Shown one piece after another: positions 38,567 through 47,246 of a stretch of DNA of 64,000 bases. The notes beneath the pieces are model-generated. The model did not search any database. It was not told the DNA's origin and was given only the letters and a program-made list of their open reading frames with translations. Each line of letters opens with the position of its first letter. Within the stretch, counting starts at the first letter, position 1. Position numbers and translations under genes: made by a program. Source of the DNA: Escherichia phage AV123; sequence record OR352953.1. The stretch is one strand, 5' to 3'.

Positions 38567-38834
38567 CTGATTGATCCTTTACATTGCTCTTGGTATACAC
38601 AGGAATAACATCGTGTTGATCTTTATTACTTTCATCTGTTAAAGCCCAAAACAACTTACCTGCTGGATGTTTAAAGATGTAGGCAATAGGTTCCTCTTCC
38701 TGTGCTTCTTTGCTACGGATACCATCCCGCCAGGCAAGCCAAGTGTAGATCATCACTTCTTGACGTTCTTCTTCGTTAGGCCACATATGTGGTGGGAAGG
38801 TTTTATCAAACCATTGCTTAAATTCTTCGGTCAT
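38553..38834 (-). CDS. Hypothetical protein
   Basis: AAGGAG RBS. Confidence 0.45.
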   Translation of the reverse strand: MTEEFKQWFDKTFPPHMWPNEEERQEVMIYTWLAWRDGIRSKEAQEEEPIAYIFKHPAGKLFWALTDESNKDQHDVIPVYTKSNVKDQSDDKV

Positions 38835-38844
38835 AATCTACTCC

Positions 38845-39009
38845 TTAACGTACAAAGTTAACCTCTGCTTCTTTCAGCTTTGACACTTCTACATAACCAC
38901 CATGATCATCTTTAATCCATTCTTTTCCTTTACGGATGATAACAGGGTAGGTAGAGTGAGTAAGTTTAGGTACAGATCTTTTTGTTTTAGTGATAGAAAT
39001 GTTTTGCAT
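38845..39009 (-). CDS. Small ORF (54 aa), not in track
   Basis: AAGGAG 6 nt before ATG at 39009. Confidence 0.35.
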   Translation of the reverse strand: MQNISITKTKRSVPKLTHSTYPVIIRKGKEWIKDDHGGYVEVSKLKEAEVNFVR

Positions 39010-39069
39010 AATAATCTCCTTAGTAAACTTTACATAGAGTCTAGATTATTTAGTAGATAGAGTCAATAA

Positions 39070-39336
39070 CTAATTACTGTTAGATCTGTATTCTGTCTTC
39101 CATTCACAATGGTAAACTTCAACAGGTTCTAACTTCCAGTGTTCAGGAACTAGTTCAGGACAATATCTACAAAAGAGAAATAGATAGATAACTAAGACAG
39201 GTATTAAATAGTAAAATGGTATACGATCATAACCATACTTACGAGATAACATGTAGACATATAGATATGGTATAACAATTAAACCTATAACTATAAGTAA
39301 GAAGAGAAGTATAAACCTTAGTGTAGTAACATCCAT
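39070..39336 (-). CDS. Small membrane protein
   Basis: AGGAGAA RBS; two TM helices. Confidence 0.45.
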   Translation of the reverse strand: MDVTTLRFILLFLLIVIGLIVIPYLYVYMLSRKYGYDRIPFYYLIPVLVIYLFLFCRYCPELVPEHWKLEPVEVYHCEWKTEYRSNSN

Positions 39337-39500
39337 AGTATTCTCCTATACAGTAATATACTCTGTTCCTGCCCCTCCATGAGTGACAGGAACAATATCT
39401 ATAGAGAATACTAACTCGCTTCGCTCGTCACCTTTCAGGTTTAGGGTAGCATGTTTTTCTGAAAAAGTCAATACTCTCCACAAAACTTTACAAAATACTT

Positions 39501-39773
39501 TTACATAGGTACAACAGAATCTGTTTTGAAGTCGTACATATGATTTACACCTGTGATTTTTGACATAGAGATTGCACGTTTAGCACCTGCAATTACCTGG
39601 TCTGTCTTCTTAATCTCTTCACGGAACTTACGTACAGTTAAAGAGAAGAAACGATGATCCATCCATTGACGATTCACACGATCACGCTTGAAGTGACGGA
39701 AATCTTCAATCTGCTTATTGCGCAATCGGCGCAGTACATGCAATAGTTGATAGTAAGGGTGTTTATTTTTCAT
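39501..39773 (-). CDS. Hypothetical basic protein
   Basis: GGAGAA RBS. Confidence 0.45.
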   Translation of the reverse strand: MKNKHPYYQLLHVLRRLRNKQIEDFRHFKRDRVNRQWMDHRFFSLTVRKFREEIKKTDQVIAGAKRAISMSKITGVNHMYDFKTDSVVPM

Positions 39774-39776
39774 AAA

Positions 39777-40205
39777 TTATTCTCCAAATCGAAAATCGTC
39801 AATATCATCAAACCATACACAATGGCGAGTCCTTTCTTTTTCTGTTGCAGACATTGTTTCAACAGCTTTAGGACTAAGCACAACAGGAGTGTAACGAATA
39901 GGTCGTTCATAATAGTAGCCATACTTTTCTGTATTAGCTGCCTCAAAGACTTTACGGCGTTCTTCAAGATCTTCTATGGTGAATCCTACCATATAACCAT
40001 CATGTTTGCTACCCCATCCTTCCTCACTTTCAACAATCGGGATATAAAAGCCGTTACGCGTCCCTGACACTGGTTTTTCTTGAGCCTGAAGGCAAGCCTC
40101 CCATCCTGCTTTAAAGACGTTATAGAGCGATTTACGCACGTTATGAGTGCCGCTTTCGCTTGCTGGATAGAGTTCATTAAATTTGTCTTGAATTTGTTGT
40201 GTCAT
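39777..40205 (-). CDS. Hypothetical protein
   Basis: AAGGGGCG RBS. Confidence 0.5.
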   Translation of the reverse strand: MTQQIQDKFNELYPASESGTHNVRKSLYNVFKAGWEACLQAQEKPVSGTRNGFYIPIVESEEGWGSKHDGYMVGFTIEDLEERRKVFEAANTEKYGYYYERPIRYTPVVLSPKAVETMSATEKERTRHCVWFDDIDDFRFGE

Positions 40206-40348
40206 ACTCGCCCCTTAGTGATTATTTGACCAGCTAAACAAATAGCTTGTAGTACAATAAAGAAGTAGCCTAATTTTACACTACCTAATACCCAGAATGC
40301 AATGTTTGCAAACAAACAGAAAGCAATATTAAGTTTAAAGAATAACAT
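40202..40348 (-). CDS. Small hydrophobic ORF (48 aa), coupled
   Basis: GAAGGGG RBS; ATGA overlap with downstream gene. Confidence 0.3.
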   Translation of the reverse strand: MLFFKLNIAFCLFANIAFWVLGSVKLGYFFIVLQAICLAGQIITKGRV

Positions 40349-40549
40349 TTAATCCCCTTCATATTTAGGTAAAGGCATATATGCCACAATAGGAGGGTAA
40401 TCAAAGTGAAAATGATGGTTCACCACAATAATCTTACCAGACATACTTTTATGCACTTCACAATACCCTTTTTCACCATCTTCCATTACCACCACATACT
40501 CACCTAGTGGGATATCGTATGGATCTTCTACTTTTACCCATCCTGTCAT
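40349..40549 (-). CDS. Hypothetical protein
   Basis: GAGGAG RBS. Confidence 0.45.
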   Translation of the reverse strand: MTGWVKVEDPYDIPLGEYVVVMEDGEKGYCEVHKSMSGKIIVVNHHFHFDYPPIVAYMPLPKYEGD

Positions 40550-40698
40550 TTTGTAAACTCCTCATAGTAAGGTAAAGCCTTGATCAGTTGTTCTGAAGTG
40601 CCATTTTGCACCCACGTAACACCATTGTCAACAGAAACATACCCTTTTTTGTCAATAAATTTACGCAGACAACCAGTGAACTTATTTTTGTAGATCAT
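40546..40698 (-). CDS. Small ORF (50 aa), coupled
   Basis: ATGA overlaps at both ends; AAAGGAAAG upstream. Confidence 0.35.
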   Translation of the reverse strand: MIYKNKFTGCLRKFIDKKGYVSVDNGVTWVQNGTSEQLIKALPYYEEFTK

Positions 40699-40862
40699 TT
40701 CTTCTTTCCTTTTTTGATTACAGCCCCATCACTTCCTTGCCAAACTTCCGCTCTAAATTCCATCTCAAACCACTCACCACCGCAAAAACGGCTGTGTTCA
40801 ACACGTCTATCTTCCTTCATTGCTTCTTTAGCTTCGATAGAAGTTAGTTCGATGTTTTGCAT
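40695..40862 (-). CDS. Small ORF (55 aa), first gene of - strand block
   Basis: AAAGGAGAAAAG before ATG at 40862 (MQNIELTS...); track ORF 40695..41036 is an upstream extension. Confidence 0.4.
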   Translation of the reverse strand: MQNIELTSIEAKEAMKEDRRVEHSRFCGGEWFEMEFRAEVWQGSDGAVIKKGKKK

Positions 40863-40980
40863 TTGCTTTTCTCCTTTCATTTGGTATGCGCTAATCTTAA
40901 CAAAATAAAAATGTATGTCAATACTTGATTTGAAATTAGTTTCTGGTACTCTGTGTGTATCGTAACAAAAGAGGTTAGAT
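40863..40980. promoter_or_regulatory. Divergent promoter region at strand switch
   Basis: 118-bp AT-rich gap between divergently oriented first genes (- 40862, + 40981). Confidence 0.4.
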
Positions 40981-41271
40981 ATGAACATCACACTAGCAAC
41001 TAAGAATATTACAGAAACTTTCGATGGTTTTGGCATTATTATTGCTGTTCATGGGCATAACGAAAAATGGTTAGCCTCTTTTGAAGAGGACAAAGAACGC
41101 AATGTACGTTTGAATGCACCAATCAAAGTTTTACACCAGGTAGGTGAGAATAAGAAACAATGGAGATCATACAAAGAGTGGAACATTACAAACGAATTAA
41201 TACACAAACTTGACAAAGTGCTAAACATGTTCGACAATGCACCAAGCAGTGCAAAACGTGTTTTACTATAA
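40981..41271 (+). CDS. Hypothetical protein
   Basis: ORF with AGAGG RBS. Confidence 0.5.
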   Translation: MNITLATKNITETFDGFGIIIAVHGHNEKWLASFEEDKERNVRLNAPIKVLHQVGENKKQWRSYKEWNITNELIHKLDKVLNMFDNAPSSAKRVLL

Positions 41272-41282
41272 AGGAGAGTGAT

Positions 41283-41636
41283 ATGAAAATTGTACACGAT
41301 GAAATTCAATTTGAAGAGAGTGATCTTCTTGATCTGGATGTGACACTAAGTAAACTGATCTACAACGCACTTTCTGCATATCGTGCAAAAGTGATAGCCA
41401 CAAACAATGTTAAAATTCCTAGCGGGTTACTTCGTCGGATGTACCCACACGCTAAAGGTGACTATCTACCTTATATGGAAGAACGAGCAGCAGAACACTG
41501 GTTAGAAATTCTTGAAAAAATGGAGTCCTCTTTTAAGGATTCAACTCCACCTGAAGAAGTTAATGAAAAACAACGGCAAGAGCGTTTAGAAGGTCGTATT
41601 TTGTTTGCTAAGTATTTCCATAATTTGTGGAGCTAA
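41283..41636 (+). CDS. Hypothetical protein
   Basis: AAAGGAGAG RBS. Confidence 0.5.
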   Translation: MKIVHDEIQFEESDLLDLDVTLSKLIYNALSAYRAKVIATNNVKIPSGLLRRMYPHAKGDYLPYMEERAAEHWLEILEKMESSFKDSTPPEEVNEKQRQERLEGRILFAKYFHNLWS

Positions 41637-41716
41637 ACATATCTGGTAAAATCACTTATATGTTCTTAGTATACTTGTGTAAAGAAGTTATCGGTCTAAT
41701 TAATTAAGGGGAAGAT

Positions 41717-41968
41717 ATGATTCAGTTTCAAAAAGGTCAAAAGATGACAGTTCACGATGCAGAGGAAATGGAGTTTGCACTTAAACTTCTCGAAAATGCT
41801 GGGTTTGTGTGGATCAACGGTGGAGAGAAGCCTACAGCTTGGCTTCCGCATGAGAAAATAGCCAACCACACCTTCCCTGATAGTATCAATTGGCATTCTG
41901 ATGGTAAGATTTGCCGTGGAAGTTACCCAACAGGTGTTGAGTGGACTATTAAATTAGGAGGGCTTTAA
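41717..41968 (+). CDS. Hypothetical protein
   Basis: AAGGGGAAG RBS. Confidence 0.5.
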   Translation: MIQFQKGQKMTVHDAEEMEFALKLLENAGFVWINGGEKPTAWLPHEKIANHTFPDSINWHSDGKICRGSYPTGVEWTIKLGGL

Positions 41969-41969
41969 T

Positions 41970-42308
41970 ATGTTTAGTAAAGAAATGAGAGAAGTAATTG
42001 CCACTTTGGTAGTTGATCATGGTGTTGAAGTTGAGCGTCACGTTTGGAACGATGAACCTCCTTTCTTCGATTTGGCATCACGAGCTAAAAGTCATATGCA
42101 CCTGCTGGAAGACGGTAATGAGTTTGTTCTCCGTATGCGTTATGATCGAGAGTTTCGAATTCCGCTTGACACTGAACCAGATGGTGTAGTAATGTGGTTG
42201 GCAGAACATTTCGCATACGATGCACTACATGGAAGAAGTTTTGGTAATGAGCGTTGGGATGCCATTTGTCGTAAGCATAATATTGAACCAGAGTACGGAG
42301 TTTTATAA
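41970..42308 (+). CDS. Hypothetical protein
   Basis: AGGAGGG RBS. Confidence 0.5.
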   Translation: MFSKEMREVIATLVVDHGVEVERHVWNDEPPFFDLASRAKSHMHLLEDGNEFVLRMRYDREFRIPLDTEPDGVVMWLAEHFAYDALHGRSFGNERWDAICRKHNIEPEYGVL

Positions 42309-42559
42309 TGTTAAGTATCAAACCTAAAATGATAACAGCAGATGAAGCAGACTTTATTTTCAAATGTGGACGTGTATGGAGAGAATTCACAAAAGGGAAT
42401 GAAGTGGTGGTTGTTGTCGAACACAAGATATCTATCCAGGATCTGTTTGGACAATATGTTGATGTTATTAAATTAGGTATTGACAAGGGTTTAGTTGAGG
42501 TGTTAACATTAGATCAAGTTGAAGCAGAGCACCTCGACAAAGTAGTGGTTGAATTTTAA
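42308..42559 (+). CDS. Hypothetical protein
   Basis: Coupled (TAATG). Confidence 0.45.
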   Translation: MLSIKPKMITADEADFIFKCGRVWREFTKGNEVVVVVEHKISIQDLFGQYVDVIKLGIDKGLVEVLTLDQVEAEHLDKVVVEF

Positions 42560-42579
42560 AATACAGATGGGAGAAAGGT

Positions 42580-42753
42580 ATGAGTTTCTTTGTTACAGTA
42601 TTTATGGCTATCTGGATTGTAGTCTCACTCGTTCTTTTCCTGGTGGGTTGTCTGGAAGAGATTAAGAAAGCGGTTATTTGCGGTTTCTTTGGCTTTATTA
42701 TCTCTCCTGCCTGGATGTGGTTCTTCATTATGATTGGTTTCCTTAAAAGGTAA
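42580..42753 (+). CDS. Small membrane protein (57 aa), not in track
   Basis: GGGAGAAAGG RBS; two hydrophobic helices. Confidence 0.4.
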   Translation: MSFFVTVFMAIWIVVSLVLFLVGCLEEIKKAVICGFFGFIISPAWMWFFIMIGFLKR

Positions 42754-42767
42754 GTGAGGAATAAAGA

Positions 42768-43205
42768 ATGAGTAAAACAAACGCAATCGCAGATAAAGCA
42801 ACTGATGTACTTCTGAACATGGTTAACGTCACTATTCAAACAATGAGTGATGTTGTAGAGTTTGGAAAACAACAAATTCCAGAAGTAATTCATCAATTAT
42901 TAATGTGGAAAGCAGTATCCGCAGGTTTATGGCAACTTTTTAGTATTTGCTTTATGTTTATTACTTTTATTGTTGTGCGGAACCTCATAAAAGCAATTAA
43001 AGATAAAGAATGTCTGTGGTCACGAGATCGCTATGGTGAGGTATCTGCTTTGCCTATTGTTGGTCTTGTTGTCTGTGCTTTCTTTTTCTTTTTAGGATTT
43101 GTTATTTTCTTTTCGAATTTCGATTGGCTAAAAATTATTATTGCACCAAAAGTGTATCTGATTGAATTTGCTGCTGATTTAATTCGTTCATCTCAACAAA
43201 GATAA
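42768..43205 (+). CDS. Membrane protein
   Basis: GAGGAA RBS; several TM segments. Confidence 0.5.
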   Translation: MSKTNAIADKATDVLLNMVNVTIQTMSDVVEFGKQQIPEVIHQLLMWKAVSAGLWQLFSICFMFITFIVVRNLIKAIKDKECLWSRDRYGEVSALPIVGLVVCAFFFFLGFVIFFSNFDWLKIIIAPKVYLIEFAADLIRSSQQR

Positions 43206-43217
43206 AAGGGGTTTAAA

Positions 43218-44345
43218 ATGAAATACACGATTTATGGTGATATTGTAAGTGTAAATAAAGATATGGGCGTGGAATCTAACTATCTTCCACCTGGATTCTA
43301 TACTGTTAGTCGTGATCCCCTTGGCAATTACTTTTTAAGCCGTGGTAATCTAACAGGTGTACCGGATGTTCTGTATGGTGAAACAGAAAAACGAGCAAAT
43401 CACGTTATTCGTACATTCCATCGCCGGAGTGCACAAGGTAAAAATACAGGTTTGCTCCTGACAGGCACTAAGGGCAGTGGTAAAACTATGTTAGCCAAAC
43501 TCATTAGTCGTGACCTTGTAGAAGAAGGTATTCCAACTATTATGGTTACTCAAGCCTACAGCGATGCTAATTTCATTGAACTTATTAGCAAGATCACCGA
43601 CAAAGCAGTGATTATTTTTGACGAGTTTGATAAAGTATATGAGAAGAAACAAGATCAAGAAGCACTTCTCACTTTGTTAGATGGTACTGGCAGTGGTAAT
43701 AAACTGTTTATTCTAACTAAAAACAGTGGCTTTATCTCTGAATTCTTTCTAAATCGTCCTAGTCGTGTGTTTTATAATTTTAATTATGATAAAATCTCAC
43801 TAGAAACTATGATTGACTATTTAGATAAAAACCTGGATAACAAAGCACACTTTGATAATTTCCAAAGGCTTTGGGATGTAAGTTTAGAGTTGTCCTTTGA
43901 TGTGATCCAAGGTATAGTAGAAGAACTTAATTTCTACCCTGATTTATCCTTTAAAGAATGCATCTCTATGATGGGCGTTTCTTTGGGTGGTGGTAATAAG
44001 TGGGATATCAGCAGCGTTGTTATTAATGGGAAACTTCAGAAAGTTAGCTGGGTATCTAGTTGGCATAACTTCACACCTGCAATCTTTTTAGGTGGCTCGT
44101 GCACACTAGACGTGTACTTGTCATCTCCAAGTGATGCAGACTCTAAAGAAGCCCTTGCTAATAGCTCTTACGTGGTTTTTGATGATGAAGGAGATGCTCG
44201 AATTCCATTGAATGCGACAAAAATGAAAGCAGATCTTATTACAGGCGGTAAAATCGTTGTGTTTAGTGATGATCCAGAAGATTCTTTCCGTATTGTTCTG
44301 GAACCAACTATCACCAATGGTGCAACTTTGGCAAGCGTGTTTTAA
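43218..44345 (+). CDS. P-loop NTPase (AAA-like), paralog of 28095..29255
   Basis: Walker A GTKGSGKT, Walker B IIFDEFDK; LLTLLDG and NRPSR segments shared with the - strand paralog. Confidence 0.65.
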   Translation: MKYTIYGDIVSVNKDMGVESNYLPPGFYTVSRDPLGNYFLSRGNLTGVPDVLYGETEKRANHVIRTFHRRSAQGKNTGLLLTGTKGSGKTMLAKLISRDLVEEGIPTIMVTQAYSDANFIELISKITDKAVIIFDEFDKVYEKKQDQEALLTLLDGTGSGNKLFILTKNSGFISEFFLNRPSRVFYNFNYDKISLETMIDYLDKNLDNKAHFDNFQRLWDVSLELSFDVIQGIVEELNFYPDLSFKECISMMGVSLGGGNKWDISSVVINGKLQKVSWVSSWHNFTPAIFLGGSCTLDVYLSSPSDADSKEALANSSYVVFDDEGDARIPLNATKMKADLITGGKIVVFSDDPEDSFRIVLEPTITNGATLASVF

Positions 44346-44360
44346 GTAAGCCAGCAAATA

Positions 44361-44388
44361 AAAACCCGCTCCGGCGGGTTTTCTTGTA
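44361..44388 (+). terminator. Hairpin terminator
   Basis: AAAAACCCGCTCCGGCGGGTTTTCTT. Confidence 0.65.
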
Positions 44389-44419
44389 TTGATGCCAGAT
44401 TTAATAAGAGGAGTAATAG

Positions 44420-45409
44420 ATGACAGCACCAAAATCATGGGAACAATATAAAGAAGAGTGTATACCAATAGCAGAGAGTAAGCAAATCCAAATCTTAGGA
44501 TGGACGGGACAATGGAAAGGGGTCCACACAAAACTTGATTTGTTGTGCCATTGTGGTTATAAATGGGATACTACAAGTATTAACAGTTTTAAATGTGGTA
44601 GCGGTTGTCCACAATGTAGGAGGAAGAATATAAGGAAGTCACAAACAATGTCCGACGATCAACATATTGCAGATTTCTTTTCTACAGGGGAATTTAAGGA
44701 AGGCACTATCTTCACTAACACAGGAACACGGGGTAAAGGATGTAGGAATATTATCTGGATGGTTGAATGTCCTGTTTGCTCTCATGATGAATATGTTCAA
44801 GCAGGTGTTTGTGATGGTAAATTTTACTCTGAAGGAGATAACCTTAAACGAGGGTATATTCCGTGTCGTTGTGGGAACTATCGGTATACAGAAGACCAGA
44901 TCACCTATAGGGTAAAAAAGGAAGTAGAAGGGAAAGGGTATGTCTGGGTAGATTGGATTACCAAACCCTCTTCTATAGGTAAGTTTAAATATCTTTGTCT
45001 TGTGCATGGTGAGCAGATAGGGAGTGCTAATAATTTATTAAGCCTCGGTCGAGGTTGTCCTATGTGTGCTGGTCATAGTCAGCAGCAGTTATATATTAAT
45101 ATTGTTAAGGATGATAATATTATAGTTGCTCTTAAGTTTGGTATAGCTAAAGATAGTGATAGGCGATTAAACATTCAAAATAGCCGTAATCTGTTTTTTA
45201 TGGAACGTATTTGTTTATATGATTTTAGCACAGTGAAACAGTGTAAGGCTGCTGAAAGAGCTATAAAGAAAAAATTAAAAACTGGTATTTTAACAGCAAG
45301 AGAGTTGAAAGACGGTCATACAGAAACAGTAAGTGTTTCTGATTTGGAAAATCTTCAAAAAATTATTACACAATATGGTGGCAAGTTAGTATACAATAAG
45401 GAGGTGTAA
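44420..45409 (+). CDS. Multi-zinc-ribbon protein with C-terminal T5orf172 (GIY-YIG-like) type region
   Basis: At least four CxxC pairs; C-terminal LYINIVKDDNIIVALKFGIAKDSDRRL resembles T5orf172 core. Confidence 0.4.
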   Translation: MTAPKSWEQYKEECIPIAESKQIQILGWTGQWKGVHTKLDLLCHCGYKWDTTSINSFKCGSGCPQCRRKNIRKSQTMSDDQHIADFFSTGEFKEGTIFTNTGTRGKGCRNIIWMVECPVCSHDEYVQAGVCDGKFYSEGDNLKRGYIPCRCGNYRYTEDQITYRVKKEVEGKGYVWVDWITKPSSIGKFKYLCLVHGEQIGSANNLLSLGRGCPMCAGHSQQQLYINIVKDDNIIVALKFGIAKDSDRRLNIQNSRNLFFMERICLYDFSTVKQCKAAERAIKKKLKTGILTARELKDGHTETVSVSDLENLQKIITQYGGKLVYNKEV

Positions 45410-45961
45410 ATGCGGATTACTGATAAGTATGTGTTCTTCTTTTCAGCAAAAGATGAATTTAGCAACTGGTATCTATCATCTTTTATTGAACCTTTAGCAC
45501 CCAAGTATAATAATTCTATTACAAGTTCTGTTGAATTTACTTGTGTGGAACAATATATGATGTGGAGAAAAGCATGTTTGTTTTATGATTACAGTATTGC
45601 ATCTTCTATTTTAACCGGAGATCTAAGATATACAGGAGAAAAAGAACAAGCATATTATAAGCGACTAGGCAGATTAGTTAAAGATTATGATGAAGATACC
45701 TGGACTTCTTTACGGGAGAAGATTGTCAAACGTGGTTTGTATCTTAAATACACACAAAATGAAGATCTCAAAAATAAACTTATAACCTACGCAGATAAGG
45801 AGTTCGTAGAGGCAAGCCCTTATGATTCTATTTATGGTATCAAAATGGGGATGTGGGATCGTGACGTGGAAAATAAGGACTGTTGGAAAGGACAAAATCT
45901 TTTAGGAAAATGGCATACAGACCTTGCTGTTTATCTAAAAGCACAATCTGATATTTCCTGA
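45410..45961 (+). CDS. NADAR (YbiA-like) domain protein
   Basis: FFFS...SNWY...F...EQYMMWRKA...LGRLV...EASPYDSIYGIKMG...GQNLLGK matches NADAR signature blocks. Confidence 0.65.
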   Translation: MRITDKYVFFFSAKDEFSNWYLSSFIEPLAPKYNNSITSSVEFTCVEQYMMWRKACLFYDYSIASSILTGDLRYTGEKEQAYYKRLGRLVKDYDEDTWTSLREKIVKRGLYLKYTQNEDLKNKLITYADKEFVEASPYDSIYGIKMGMWDRDVENKDCWKGQNLLGKWHTDLAVYLKAQSDIS

Positions 45962-46177
45962 TATTTTGAAAATTTTTATTTTTATAAAAAGGGGTGTGGG
46001 TTTCATGTACGGAAATTCACCCTCTGAATAATATATTCAGAGTAAATATTATTTTGTACTCTGTTAATAAATTATTTAATTTGTTTGTTGGATTATGATA
46101 TCTGGTTTTTAAAAGGCATACTATCTCTTAACTACTATTTATAACAGAACAGTAAAATCATTTTTATAAAAAGGACA

Positions 46178-46390
46178 AAATTATTTAAAGTTTTTACAGA
46201 TTTTTGGATACAAATTTTGAAAATGAAAAGTTCAAGTTTGGTCAAAATTATTTAAAGTTTTTGTATGTATTTCTATCCAGATTTTGAAAATGAAAACTTC
46301 AATTTTTTAAAAATTCCCCAGTTTATTTAAAGTTTTTTTGCCTTTTTCCGTAGAAAAATCAAAAATGAAAAGTTCAATTTCGTGTTTTTA
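46178..46390. repeat. Three tandem direct repeats (66-78 bp units)
   Basis: AAATTATTTAAAGTTTTT...TTTTGAAAATGAAAAGTTCAA recurs at about 46178, 46244 and 46320. Confidence 0.6.
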
Positions 46391-46394
46391 TAGG

Positions 46395-46510
46395 TGTGTT
46401 AATGAGAATCATTTTCGTTTGTAAATGAGAATCATTATCATTTAACTATGTAAGTGATAATCATTCTCACTAAGAGAATGAGAATCATTAGCAAATGAGA
46501 ATTTTTCTCA
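46395..46510. promoter_or_regulatory. Cluster of Fur-box-like palindromes
   Basis: AATGAGAATCATT (46401), AATGAGAATCATTATCATT (46424-46442), GATAATCATTCTC, and perfect inverted repeat AATGAGAA-TTT-TTCTCATT (46492-46510). Confidence 0.5.
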
Positions 46511-46774
46511 TTTAGAGAATAACGCGCAGGGGTGGTGTTTGTCTCGCGCTCCCGTGTCCCCTCGCCATACAATAAGAATAGCATAACCAACAACAAAAGC
46601 AAGCGATTATTTTTATCTTTACATTTCTTTACAAATTTATTTTAGACGAGCTACCAGCGATCAACCTTCCAACCAGTGCCCCCTGGTATGTTAGCCCCGC
46701 CTTTACGCCGTGGGGATGGCGCTTCCTCTTCTGTATGTAAAACAGTATAAGCCCGATCCCTGGGCTTGTCAAGA

Positions 46775-47041
46775 TTATTTTTTGTTTTCTTGCCAGGATA
46801 GGACACCTAACCAAAAATACATGTCGCCCCGCGCCCCTGGCGGGATCTTGCTTTCCCCGCCGCCACTGCAAGCCCATAGATAACCATTTGCGAACGTATC
46901 AAAATGATCTATTTCTTCCACCTTATGATCGCCCAGGTTGAGAACGGTTTCAACCTTTAAGCCCGTTGCGCTTGCTACCTGGTGCACCGTGCCGCCTTGC
47001 CAGCCTAATGAGTGCATGAGGTGTGAAGTAGTATTTGTCAT
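46775..47041 (-). CDS. Hypothetical protein, GC-rich gene on opposite strand
   Basis: AAAGAAAGGGCG leader and GCGCC...GGCGC hairpin upstream on - strand; GC-rich codons. Confidence 0.45.
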   Translation of the reverse strand: MTNTTSHLMHSLGWQGGTVHQVASATGLKVETVLNLGDHKVEEIDHFDTFANGYLWACSGGGESKIPPGARGDMYFWLGVLSWQENKK

Positions 47042-47246
47042 GGTATCGCCCTTTCTTTGATGTGCGCCCTGGTTGGCGCGGTAGAAAGATAATAGCCCTT
47101 TCCTTTATAGATAGCAAGCAAAAAAGAAATGAAAAAAAGATTAAAAAAGGGGTTGACGGTTGGAACGATTAACGCTATTTTGTTAGCCGTTCCAGTGTGG
47201 ATCACTGTAGCAATTGTTGTTTCAATCATTCTATAAGGCGCACACT

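Noticed and set aside
40606-40908. 100-aa + strand ORF at the strand switch
   Set aside because: Non-ATG start, no RBS, and it overlaps the chain of - strand coupled micro-ORFs that have RBSs and ATGA junctions.
46629-47229. Track ORFs 46629..46877 (-) and 47038..47229 (-)
   Set aside because: The first overlaps 46775..47041 in another frame; the second lacks an RBS and covers the promoter region of the + strand gene at 47247.
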